This document shows, in pieces, positions 1 through 14,008 of a stretch of DNA of 64,000 nt (its first letter is position 1; each line of letters opens with the position of its first letter). The translations under genes and the position numbers were made by a program. The notes beneath the pieces are model-generated. The model was not told the origin of the DNA and did no database searches. It saw only the letters and a list, made by a program, of their open reading frames with translations. Source of the stretch: the human T2T-CHM13v2.0 reference genome, Homo sapiens; assembly GCF_009914755.1 (NCBI RefSeq), contig NC_060941.1; one strand, given 5' to 3'.

Positions 1-1996
1 TCCTTGGCTTAGACAAAGCAGCATTCCTGTCCCCCACCAAATTCCCAAACAAGCCATGTGTCTAGCATTATGTTAGGGCCAATGTCTTGACCTTCCAGGT
101 TTCCCCAGCGTTTCTTCCTATTGGGCAATCCCTATCTAGATGGTCCCCAAGATACCATTTCACACCAGAATCTACACCAACTGGAAGAGTGCCCTCTTCT
201 AGTTCATAGGGCCGGAGAGACTGGTCTCTCTTCCTCAGTCCCTGCCACCTATGGGCCGCCAAACCTTTCCTTCCTACCCTCCCCCAACCCACCAGAGTCT
301 CTGCGAAAGCAAGGCGAAAAACGGCATGGCCTTGGCCCGGGAATGGGAAGAGGGTCAGGAATGGCCGGGTGAGGCTGGACTGGTGTTGGCAGCAGCCTTT
401 CCCCAGACTGGCCGAACCTCCTTCCTGAAGTCCCTGGCTGCCCTGGCCACCCCATGGACTTCTTTATGTGCTGGAAGCCTCAGGTTAGCCCAGCCCCCCG
501 GAAAAGTGTGGGTTGGGCAGAAGAAAGACTTCCCCTTGGCTGGCTGTCCTGGGAGCAACTCCTAGCACCCTCTAAACAGAGACCCTTGGCCATGTCCCCA
601 CCCTCTCTCCCAGGAGCCCCAAACACCCAGACACAAATGCTGCCATCCCCAAACAACTGGAAGACTCGGGGTGTGGCCCCCAAGTCTTGCTGTCTCTGCT
701 CCTCCTACCCTGGACTCTGGGTTGGCGAAAGGCAGGGAGTCTGGGGACCTGCAGGCGGTACCGCACCGTGGTGGCACTTCTTTCTGACTTTCACCCCGGG
801 GGCCACAGCCCACTTCTCACTCACAGATCCCAAATTCTTCCTCCTCACCTCCCCCCGCCCAGGCCAAGGCTCTCCTATGTCCAGGAGGGGAAGATTCTTT
901 AATTAAAGTTTTCCGGAATGTAGGGGGCTGGAGACTGGGGAGAGGCGGAGTGTAATTTAGAGAACTGGTTTCAGTGTCTTCCCCTCTGGCCCCTGGGACC
1001 TGCGGAGGGTGGGAGAGCGGCGATGGGGCCGCTCGGAAAACAAGGGGACTCCTGGAGCTGGGGCTCCCAAAGCGATGTTTATTCCTCACCCAGGCCCCCC
1101 AGACACGCACAGCCCCCCCCAAGCACTGCTCCCGGCTTCCCAGTCTTATTTACTAAAATGTCTTTTGTATCCACATTTCTCAGGGACGGAATTCTCCCTT
1201 CCCTCTCCCTTTCTCCTCGGTCCTCGGTTTTCCAAAAGGAAGAAATGTGACATGGAGAATTGGATTTTTGGTCAAAGAACAACAAGCCTACCCCTCCCAG
1301 ACAACACATTTTCAAGGAACCCCCCTTTTGCCAGGGTGGACAAGCAAGAAATGAATAAAATCCGAATTCAATGGCATCCCGGATCAGCAAATACCATATT
1401 CACTTCAGAGGCTCAAGATGAATCTAGAGCGGTGGGGAGAATCTGATGAAATCCCCCCACCCACTCCCCTGCCCCGGGAGGAGCCCTGAAGCCTTTGGGG
1501 TCTGAAATAGGAAGGCAAAGGGGGGTTATTATGGGGAATCTCTTGATGGAGGCGCCGGCAGAGGTGGGGTGGCAGTGAAGGAACAGGATGGTTTTGCCCA
1601 TGAAGACCCCAAAATGGAGAAGAGGAGTGGCTGGGCCCCAGGGACAGTGCTGGATTTCCAGAAACCCAACTGCAAGCAAATGGGGGGTCTTCGGGGGCCT
1701 CTAGATTGGGACGGGCAGAGGGTTAGGATCTAAGAATAAGAAACCTTCTGAGATGGGAAAAGTCCTCCAGCCCCTGCAGCGGGGAGCAGGGAAAATGGTG
1801 ATTATCAGAGGAGCCAGGAGTTGGATTCTGAAGGCGACACCAGCAGAAAATCCAGGAGGGGTGGGCGGGTGGGGGGCTGGAGGGAGGCGAGGAGAGGAGC
1901 CCCAGCCCTGCAGCGGCCCACCCCCAGCCGGCGCCCCCACCTTCCCCGGACGCGGCGGAGAAACCGGGCCGCGGGCAGACAAGAGGCGAGTCTTAC
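1..1996 (-). other. WNT3: WNT3 intron 1 (5' part)
   Basis: Follows the GTAAGA donor on the minus strand; no further Wnt-like coding sequence in the ORF track. Confidence 0.9.
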
Positions 1997-2076
1997 CACC
2001 AAATTGGGTAGCCAGCGAGGACCCTGGTGCCACCGAGCAGGAGGCCGAGGAGCAGCCCGAGCAGGTGGGGCTCCAT
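1997..2076 (-). CDS. WNT3: WNT3 coding exon 1 (signal peptide, 80 nt, phase 2); remaining exons lie left of the window
   Basis: Minus-strand translation MEPHLLGLLLGLLLGGTRVLAGYPIW-W is the WNT3 N-terminus; ATG at 2076-2074; exon ends TGG TG|GTAAGA (donor 1996-1991); inside a CpG island and divergent from WNT9B. Confidence 0.97.
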
Positions 2077-2114
2077 TAGAAGAGGCGCCGAGGAGGAAGT
2101 TTGCCCGCGACCAT
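2076..2114 (-). other. uORF in WNT3 5' UTR (MVAGKLPPRRLF*), stop overlapping the main ATG (TAATG)
   Basis: ATG 2114-2112, 12 codons, TAA 2078-2076 shares its last A with ATG 2076-2074. Confidence 0.7.
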
Positions 2115-5100
2115 GAAGAGGGGGAGCGACGCCCCCAATAGTTGGAACAAAGTCCACTTGAGATTGGAAATGACTTTCGGGCTTGTCAGAAGCGCACCTC
2201 CACCCGCAGCCGCCCCCCTCCCGAGCCCAGCGCGGAGCAGCCGGGTTTGAGGATGTCAGCGAGCAGCCAATCAGCGCCCGCGGCCTAAGGTAAGAGATGA
2301 GTCTGTAGTTCAGCCTGTCAATCACGCGCCCCTCCCGCCCGGCCCACAACTCGGGCTCCGGGAAGGGCATCGCCCAGCAAACTTGGGCAAAGCCCGCGCC
2401 CCGGACGCCGCGGGGCTTCGGGGGGACGCGGTGGGCCGGACCCTCTGCTACCGCCGCGGTCCCCCGCTGGCCAGGGTTAGGGCGCGGGGGCTTTGACCCG
2501 GGCGTTCACATGGCGAGGGCTTGGCGTGGGCATGAACGGGTGGCTCCTTTGCTGGCGGGGACCGTGACCCGTTGGGACGTGGGCCCGCGAGGAATCGAGG
2601 GTAGAAAGCACAGGGATGTTTCCAGAAGCCCCGCTCGGGCAGGTCAGGATCAGAGGGTGGGGGAACGCACCCCCTCCCAGCTTCCAGCCTCCCGAGTCCG
2701 CCCGCTCTCTGGCCTCTCGTCCTGGCCGCGGGAGGTCACTTCCCGGGTGTCCGAGGAACGTGCGGAAAAGTCCGCGGAGGCTCGAAGGTCTGGCTGCGGG
2801 CGGCGCCGGGGGACGGAGCCGAGTGTCATTTGAGTCTTTTGTCAGGGATCAGATCGGTATCGGGACCTCCTGCTGCCTTTGCATTTCCTGCAACTGACAC
2901 CAGCGGCCAGTCGCATTTCCTGCTCTCGGAGTCGGGTCACTTTCTCCTCCTTGAGGGGTTCAGGCCCGACCTCTGGCCCGGGTCGGAGGCGTGACCCACA
3001 GCCTCAGTGGGATTCTCGGTTGGACCATCAGGGACCGGTGAAACGCGCAGCTCTGGCCGAGGGCGGCCCAGGTCCTTGGAAGACCTTGCTGCCCTCCGGA
3101 GCGCCCCTCACTGCCCGACCGTCCCGCCTGAGGCCCCGGTTCTACTGATAGGGAGCTCCAGCCTGGGGTTTGGCGATAAAGGCCCTTGCCCTGTGCGGAC
3201 ACCAAATGCCTCCAGTTACCCACCCCTCCCCACAGGAAAGGAGTCCTTCCAGGCCCCCTTCGGGCTTGCTTCCTCTCCTCTCCCTCTCCAGAGCGAGGAA
3301 TTAGGTCTCAGCCCTGGGTGGTATTGACATCATGGTCAGGTTTTGGGGACTCACGCCCGGTCACCTGGGTGCCTTTCCCTAGGCCCCCTCCCAGGCCACC
3401 TGAGGCACCAGGACTCTGCGCAGCCCCGGTCTGGGGTGAAGGAAGCACTGCCGGTGGGGAGCAGGGACCGCTGTGTAGGGAACTGTGGCAGAAAGGGCAG
3501 AGAATGAGCCGACCCGAGTCCCACAGAGGCCTGGAACGGCGGGCGTTCCACGAGGTGAGGGCCATGGCTGAAGGAAGTCTTACGCCAGGGGGCCAGACAT
3601 TCCTGGCCTTTGATCTGAGCCCCCCGTACCCACAGCTCCAACCTGCTGCCCCTTCTGGTCGGCGAGCCCTCTCCGCACGCGGCTGCTGCCGGCACAGGGA
3701 GCGCGGGGAAATGGCCTCGGGGGCACCAAGGGTCGGGAGAGCCGCCTGGGCTTGTCATGGCTCCTGCTGCGTTCCCAGCCCATTGCTGGACTGGAGGGGG
3801 TGGGAGGGGAGGTTGAAAGAGAGGAAGGAAGGGGAGGAAAAGGAGAATCCGAGAGGAGGAGAGAGAGAGAGGGGCTCAGAGATGAGAGAGACGCTGAGAC
3901 AGAAACCAAGAAAACTGTCGGGGGGAGGCTGAGCCACCGGTGTGAGGAAGAAAGGGGCAGGGGGGAGGCGGAGAGCACCAAGGAGCTGCAAGGCGAAGAA
4001 AAATCGTGAACCTGACCAGGAGTGGTGAACCTGGTGGGGGCTGCAGAGATGGGGATCCCTAGAGATGCTCCTCATGGCTGGGCTGATTCTGGGGTGCCCT
4101 GTTTCTGATTCACCTGGAAAGAGGGTTACCATTGCCATGAATGCAGAGCCTCAGGACCAAGGCTCTGGCAGTGGAGAGCTTTCCACATACCTCCCTCTTG
4201 GATGGAGGCCTGCTAGGTCCTACCTGGAGTCCTGTCCCACCCACAGGGCTCCCAGGTGGCTTTCTGATCAGAGCTGCCTGCTGGAGTCCTGCCCAAGGGC
4301 TCGGGAGTTCCAGAGCCCCATGACAGTGGTGCTGAGAGCTGGGGAGGGCTACCTTCCCTGGCCACTCAGACACCACTGTGGATGCAGTATGGTGGGGCGA
4401 CAGGGCCTGGACTTGATGGCTTCTTGGGGTCATTACTGGGCCTCAAGACTCCACAGGTGCCAACCCTGTGAGGTGGGAGCAAAAGATCCGAGGCTGTCGG
4501 TGGGAGTGTGTGTTGGCTGAGATATGCCCAGCCAGCATCCTGGGTGCTGTGGGCAAGAACATCATTCCCTGAGGGGTCATGTGTACCTGAATGCCTCCTC
4601 CAGGCAGCCTGGAGAACTCAGACGCAGGTCATGTGCATCAGGCAGGAAACAAGTGGGTTGAAGGGTGGAATCTAGGAGCTGGCCATGTGCGCCTGGGAAG
4701 TGACAGAGGAGAGGACTGGAACCTACCAGCGGCCCTGCCAGGCCCCTAGTGAATGGAGGTGTGTGTGGGGATTTCCGCCACTTGAAAGCTCCTCAGACAA
4801 GGGGAGCCTGAGTCCCTTCCTTTCCCCCAGGTGTCCTTCCTTCAACACAGGTTTAATTTCCTTCCTCCTGCACCCCTTGCGCTGCCGCGGGTGGAAACGC
4901 AGGAATGGTTTCTCTCAGGGGAGGGCGGGCGCCCCTGACCACACATCACAGATAGAAACACCCTCTCTCTAACAGGTACCCCAAGCCCCAGGGTGGTTTC
5001 ACTTGGTGGAGAAAGGGTTAAATTCACTCCAAGACCAGGAAGGGAGGGCGGGGTGGAGGCATCAGCCGGTGGACCAGGAGGCCATCGCCCTGAAAGGAAG

Positions 5101-5299
5101 GGTGGTCTCTTGGAAGAGGGCAGAAGAGGCAGCAAGGGCCAGGGACCTGGGGACATGGGGTGGCACGTGGGAAGCACTTTTTGTTGTGTGTGTGAATGTG
5201 TGGGACCTTAGACCTGGGAAGGGGACCCCAGTCCCAACCCAACCCCTCTCTCTAGCTGGCTCGGAGGTTCCTTTTGATGTGCACTCCCCCGGGGCTCAG

Positions 5300-6400
5300 A
5301 GTCTGCCGCTGTGTATTCAGTGAGGCTCCACTGGACCCCCTGCGGAGGCACCGTGTAGACAAAGAATCCGGTGGCCAGGCCCCCGCCCGCCCTCATGGGG
5401 CTACCCGTCTGTCGCGGGGAAGGAGGAGGAAATCTCCGATCCAGGCACTGTGCCATTCATTTTTGCTTGAAACAGGTCTTGGGGCTGCCAGGCGGGAGTC
5501 GGGAGCCGGACCAACCTGGGGGGGTAAAGGGAGAGGCGAAGCCGTTGCAGCGGGGAAGCAGGTGGGGAAGTGCGAAAGGCCGAAGGCCTAACACCACAGG
5601 GCTTATGGAGGAACAGTGCAAAGGGAGCACATAGGGGGCTCCAAGGCCTCTGACCTGGAGAGGAGGGCGTTTAACTTTCTCCTAGGAGCTGTAGGAACCG
5701 CAGAGCGGTTTTAGGCGAGCTCCCTAGAGGCCACTGGAAGGCTGGACAGCAGAGCCTGGAAGCAGGAAGGCCCTAGCGTGGGTGGTGGGCGCAGGAGTAA
5801 ATCGGATTTCTTTCCACTGCCCAGCCTAGTTTGCTGGCATAGAGGCTGCATCCTGGAAATGCAGGAAGCCCCTGACCTGCACCGAGTAAGCGCATAGTAG
5901 GTAAGCACCAGATGTTAATCTAACACACAAAGGAGCGCAGGTGCACGCGGAGGTCGGCTCAGAGCCCAGCGGCGCGGGCGCGCCCCCTGGCGGCAGTGCT
6001 GATAGCAAGGCGGGAGGTCAGCAGGCGAGGAAGGGGTCGCGCCTGGTCCCACTCCGCTCCCTGCGGGCCCGGCATCCTCAATTGTTGCTGGTGAGCAGCC
6101 CGGATTTCGGAGGATCTTGGTTAAGCAGGTGCCCTCCTGAGTGAATGCCCTTAATCTACCTCGCAATCCCGGAGCTTAGCTGGGGATAAGGGGTGCATGG
6201 CTTCAGGCTCCCCTCTCCTCTCCAGACAGGCGGAGGGCGAGCGGGCCCAGGTGATGCCGGTCCAGGGCGCACTGGGGCACCGCCAGATCCACCCTGCGGA
6301 TGCCTCCCTCTTCCGCTGACATATGGGAGGCTGCCAGCGGCAGGCGGATGTCACCAGTTCTTCCTGGATCCCGAGATCACAGGGGCCGCTGTGGGCACCT
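5300..6400. promoter_or_regulatory. Secondary CpG-rich patch upstream of WNT3
   Basis: Local CpG enrichment around a strong CTCF motif. Confidence 0.55.
5978..5996 (-). promoter_or_regulatory. CTCF core motif pointing toward WNT3
   Basis: Minus strand CTGCCGCCAGGGGGCGCGC vs consensus TGGCCACCAGGGGGCGCTA. Confidence 0.75.
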
Positions 6401-6465
6401 GAGAGGTTCTCCCTGTGGCAGTAGTTCCTCCTGTCTTAGCTCTAGCTCCCCAGGGCATTCAGTTT

Positions 6466-6691
6466 TATGTATTTATATATATATGTATTTATAATAAATA
6501 TGTATTTATAATAAATATGTATTTATAATAAATATGTATTTATAATAAATATGTATTATATAATAAACACATATATTATATATTATATATTATATATATT
6601 ATATTATATATATTTATATATTATATATTATATATTTATATATAATATATTATATATATTTATATATAATATATTATATATTATATATATA
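6466..6691. repeat. AT-rich low-complexity/(TA)n tract with 17-19 bp units (TATGTATTTA(TA)TAATAAA), at the tail position of a minus-strand Alu
   Basis: Almost pure A/T for ~225 bp, abutting the Alu 3' end. Confidence 0.9.
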
Positions 6692-7202
<511 letters not shown>

Positions 7203-7699
7203 CCCCAGAGCATTTTGGAAAGCGATTTGCGGTGAAAGTCCTTTAGAAGGGAGGGAATGGGGTGGGGTGGGGGCACTGGCCGGTTGCCTGTCATCTCTGA
7301 GTCCCTGGCTTCGGTTGTGGAGTGGAGATAACACTTTCCACCTTGTAGGGAGCTGTCAGCGTTAAATGAGAATGGTGCTGACGGAATGCCAGACTGCGGA
7401 TGGTGAATACAAAATATTGGGTTTCCTTCTTCTCTTGAGGCAAGGAGTAAGCCTCTCTCTCAGGTCTCTCTTCCTGCCCCAGTCAGTGTCTGCTAAGCAG
7501 TCCCCCTTCAGGCGCCCAGGAGCCTTCTCCAGAAGGATTTATCCAGGATAATGTTGTCTGATGTCCCCTTCCAAGACCCACTTCAAAATATCCACTTCAG
7601 AGAGGCCCCTCCAGACCCCTTGCCACTCCCTAGCCCTGTCCTGTCAGGCCTCTTATTCAGCTTTATTTTCCAGCATAGCCCTGACACTGATGTGATTAA

Positions 7700-8026
<327 letters not shown>

Positions 8027-9190
8027 TAGCAGACATATCTGCTCAGTTTCTTGCATATGTTGTCCGTCTCCAACTGTGAAATCTCCACAAAGAAACTCCC
8101 TCCACAAGACTGCTGAACCCCCAGTGGTGAGGGATCCAGCACTTAGCAGCCCCTCGAAAACACTGTTGATGATGGGCCCAGAGGAGAGGGAGCAGGCAGG
8201 GCCGAGGTCTCAGATAGAAGGGCCACTGACTCAGGTCTGGGCTCCCTGTGGCCCCTCAGGGTCCTCAGTGCCCCTATCTTGAGTGGCCCTGGCCCCTACA
8301 ACTCCAACCCACCCCAGCTACCCTGCTCTGTCGCTTGGTTCCTGTGTCCCTTTCATAGGACCCTGTGCTGCCTCCAGTGGGATGAGATTAAGGGTGGGCA
8401 GCCTGTTGGGAAGTCACTGCCACATGGGGGCATCTGGGGCTTGGTGGCCCCTCGTGCTGCCTCTCCAGCCATGTGCCACACCTCTTTCTCCTTCCCTTTC
8501 TTTCTCTTCAGCCTCCCTCTGTGCCCCTTTATTCTGCCATTGCCTCATAACCCTGAGCCCCATCCCTGGACATGGCTGGCCTGCCCAAGGCTTTTGGGGC
8601 TCTAACCCAAGACCAGCTCCTAGCATGGCTGTGATCCTACCTGAGGAGTTAGAGCCAGACCTCTGTGTGTGGCTGCCACGGTTTCTCTCAGTCACCTGGA
8701 ACTAGAGCTCCTGAGTTTTCCTTCCACTCCCCTGTGTATGGGACATAAGCAGGCAGGGAAGGGGAGGGAGCCCTGGTTGCAACCCAGGAGGGGCTTGGAG
8801 CCATCTTTGGTCTCTTCTGTCTCCAACCTTAGTCACGATGGGCCCCCACCTTCCGCCTGGGCTCTGAGGGCGGAAAGTGTCTGTATTTCTCATCGCACAC
8901 ATTGACTGCATGCCTGCTGTGGACAAGGCTCCACGAGGAATGGGACTACCCTCAAGGAGTCTGCCTTCTTCCTTATAACCCAGCTCCGGTTGATGCACAC
9001 AGTAGGTGCTCTGTGAATTTCACCTGGTCCATTTCTTCAACGCATCTTCATGGAGCAACTCTGTGTGCAGCTGCCCCTTGGCAGCTGAGCACTGATGAGC
9101 AAAAGCAGCCCAGGTTTTGGCCTGCAAGGAACTTGCCATCTGCTGGGGACAGTCATTCATCAGAGGACCAAATACGTAAATGTTTCCTTA

Positions 9191-9511
<321 letters not shown>

Positions 9512-10242
9512 AGAGGTGTGGAAGTTCTCTCCATCTCAGGGGTCTTGCGGGGAAGACTTTTGTGGGGGCACATTAGGGAGATAGAATAGAACAAGCCTGA
9601 TAATATCCTTGGAGATGGTGAAGAAATTTCTAGTGAAGTCCTGGTTTGCACCTTCCAGAACTCTGCCAACTAACCACCTTCTCCACAGACCAGTATGGCC
9701 AGTAGCTGTCATTGCTGGGACCTCAGGGTGGCCAGCTATGGGCCCTGAGTCCTGGGAGCCTAATCACATGGATGGAGGCCCAGTGGGCTGGGAATGGGGT
9801 CACAGCTGCCTCACTGGCAAGGGCCTAGGCACAGCTGGCACAGACGTGGGAGGGCCCTTGGGCTAAGCAGGGACATCTGCCTGGCATTTCCCACATCCCA
9901 GCAGGACCCACCTCTTATGCACCTTTGTCTTGGCTTCTAGATAAGGCCTGAATGGGGATTCACATGTCTGACTGGGAAATCCTCTCTGAGTGGTTGCGTT
10001 AGAGCCCAGGTCTACCACAACCCCAGTGAATCCCAGCTCTGCCTCTTACTATGTGACACTGAGCATATTATCTAACCTCTCTGTACCTGCTTCATCAACT
10101 GCAAAATGGGTATAATAACACTTGTCTCAAAAAGACAATTGCCTGTTCAGCAGAGTGATAGCTGCTGTGTTTGAAATGGCACCTGGGACATGTAAAATGA
10201 TCGGTGAGCATCCACTCCCTCCCTCTGTGGCAATCAGCTGCT

Positions 10243-10588
<346 letters not shown>

Positions 10589-10699
10589 TAGCTCACACTG
10601 CTGGTGGTCCCTTCCTCCAGGATGGCAGAGGCCCCCAGTTTGTTCTGGTCTTTACTCCTCCCCTACCTTGCTCAGAGGTAAATCCTGACTGATCTAAGT

Positions 10700-11120
10700 C
10701 AATCACGGGGACCCATTCTGCTTGCCAGGGATTGGCCTAAACTGGGTGACATGTGCCTGAGGGAGGTCAGCTGAAGGGTGCAAGAAGGTTTCTGGGAAGA
10801 GTTTTTGGGGCTCTTAAAATGACACACAGTAAGAAATATCTTTTCCCTGCTTTTGGACATTGTTGTTTTGGGTTGGGATACCTGGAGCTGCAGCAGCCAT
10901 TCTGTGACTATGAGGAAAGCTGCCTGAAGATGAAGCTGACCGGCAGAGGAAGACAGAGCCAAGAGAGAGAAACAAACTTCATCTCTGACACCATTGCTGA
11001 GACACTAACTGCCTTCAGAGGAGTCCTGCTTTGGAACTTCTTGTGATATGAAATAATACATTTTCCTTGTTCGTTAGCCCACTTGAGGCTGTTACTTGTA
11101 GCCAAAGGCCTCCTAACTAT
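10700..11120 (+). mobile_element. Probable MaLR (MLT1-type) LTR remnant
   Basis: GCTGCAGCAGCCATT..., CTTCTTGTGATATGAAATAATACA..., TGTTACTTGTAGCCAAA..CCTAACT resemble MLT1 3' ends; judged by eye. Confidence 0.5.
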
Positions 11121-11217
11121 CTGTATCCTCCTCACCCATCATGTCTAGTGTAGGGTAGTTGGATTAAATGTGGAGACTGACTTACAAGGTGAGTTGCTTT
11201 TACTTAAGGATGGATGA

Positions 11218-11963
<746 letters not shown>

Positions 11964-12135
11964 AGGGCTTCTTTTTCTTGATTTGAGGGTTTGTCTAGGT
12001 GGGGGTGAGGTTGCAACTGGAGCCTGGAGCTGGGAGCCTCATTCTGAGATGACTTGTGGGGAGAAAGGAAACAACAAAAGGGAGGGTGTAGGGTTGAGGT
12101 GAGGTTTAAGATGCATCCAGAATGTAGTTCTGCCC

Positions 12136-12479
<344 letters not shown>

Positions 12480-12607
12480 CTAAAGAGGCTGCAACTTGAC
12501 TGCTGATGGGTTTGAGGTTCATGAAAATGTTTTGGAATTAGTGGTGAAGGTTGCACAACTTTTTCAATATACTGGAAGCTACTGAATTGTGCACTTTAAA
12601 ATGGTGA

Positions 12608-12931
<324 letters not shown>

Positions 12932-13719
12932 TCAATTTTTTAAAAAGAGAAAAAGCAGCAGCCCAGCCACCTGCCTCCTACAGTCTCCCCTCTGCCCTTC
13001 ATTCTCAGGTGTCTAGGAGCCATTCTCAGGCTCCCTGAGTGTGTTCCGGGGATGGAGGGGCACAGCCCCACCAGCCATGCCACACAGGAGCACTTCCTAA
13101 AGTCTCTGCTGGGAGGGGCTGGTGGAAGCCTTGCCTGGGGACACTGGGACTCACTCTTTCACCTGAGGGGATGGTTATCTCCTAAGGCCTGGTCCTCACT
13201 GGCCAAATAGCCTCAGGTTGGGATGGGAGTAGGGGGTGGGGGCAAAGTGATGCTGTGGTGGGGTGGGGGGAGCATGAGTTCTGTGATCAGAAAGAACAAG
13301 TTCACATCCTGGCTCCCTGCTGCTGAGCTGTGACTTTGGGCAAGTTATCTAGATCTCTCTGTGGCCGTTTCTTATCTGGCAAATGGGTATACTAATTCCA
13401 CCCTTGGCAGGGTTAAATGGCATAGTTTACCCAAAAAGCTCAGGGCATCTAGTAGATAACACAGGCTGACTTCCTAAGACCTGTTATTATCATGAGACCA
13501 AACATAATGGCAGAATCCTAACCAGGCTGTCTTAGTGATTGAGGACTGTTGGTGACGAGATGTTCCCAGCTCTCTTGCTTTTCTCAGACTGCCCAAAAGC
13601 CTTCCTCCCCTCATCCTCATCACCCACCCCTACCTTTGCCTACCATAGCCTCCCCACCCCCACACCCAGCCTTTTGCTATGCACATCAGCAGGTGTGGTA
13701 ATGTGGGAAATCATATTTC

Positions 13720-14008
13720 CTTTCTTTTTTTTGAGATGAGGTCTCGCTCTGTCGCCTGGGCTACAGTTCAATGGCACAAACACGGCTTACTGCAGCCTCG
13801 ACCTCCCGGGCTCAAGCAGTCCTCCCACTTCAGCCTCCTGAGTGGCTGAGACCACAGACATGCACCACCGCACCTGCCTAACTTTTTATTATTTTTAGAG
13901 ATGGTGTCTTCTTCCTACACTGCCCAGGCTGATCTCCAACTCTTGGGCTCAGGAGATCCTCCCCTCTCAAAGGGCTGGGATTACAGGCATGAGCCACCAC
14001 ACCTGGCC
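13720..14008 (-). mobile_element. Alu (J-type)
   Basis: Reverse AluJ-like; GAAATCATATTTC on both flanks (TSD). Confidence 0.85.

Larger units (their letters stand above)
1880..3900. promoter_or_regulatory. WNT3: CpG island / WNT3 promoter and 5' UTR
   Basis: Dense CpG and high GC; CCAAT at 2267-2271, GC box CCCGCCC near 2334-2340, CTGTCAATCA at 2315-2324; boundaries approximate. Confidence 0.85.

Noticed and set aside
3186-3932. 248-aa ORF and other long ORFs around the WNT3 promoter
   Set aside because: GC-rich shadow ORFs without recognisable motifs or exon structure
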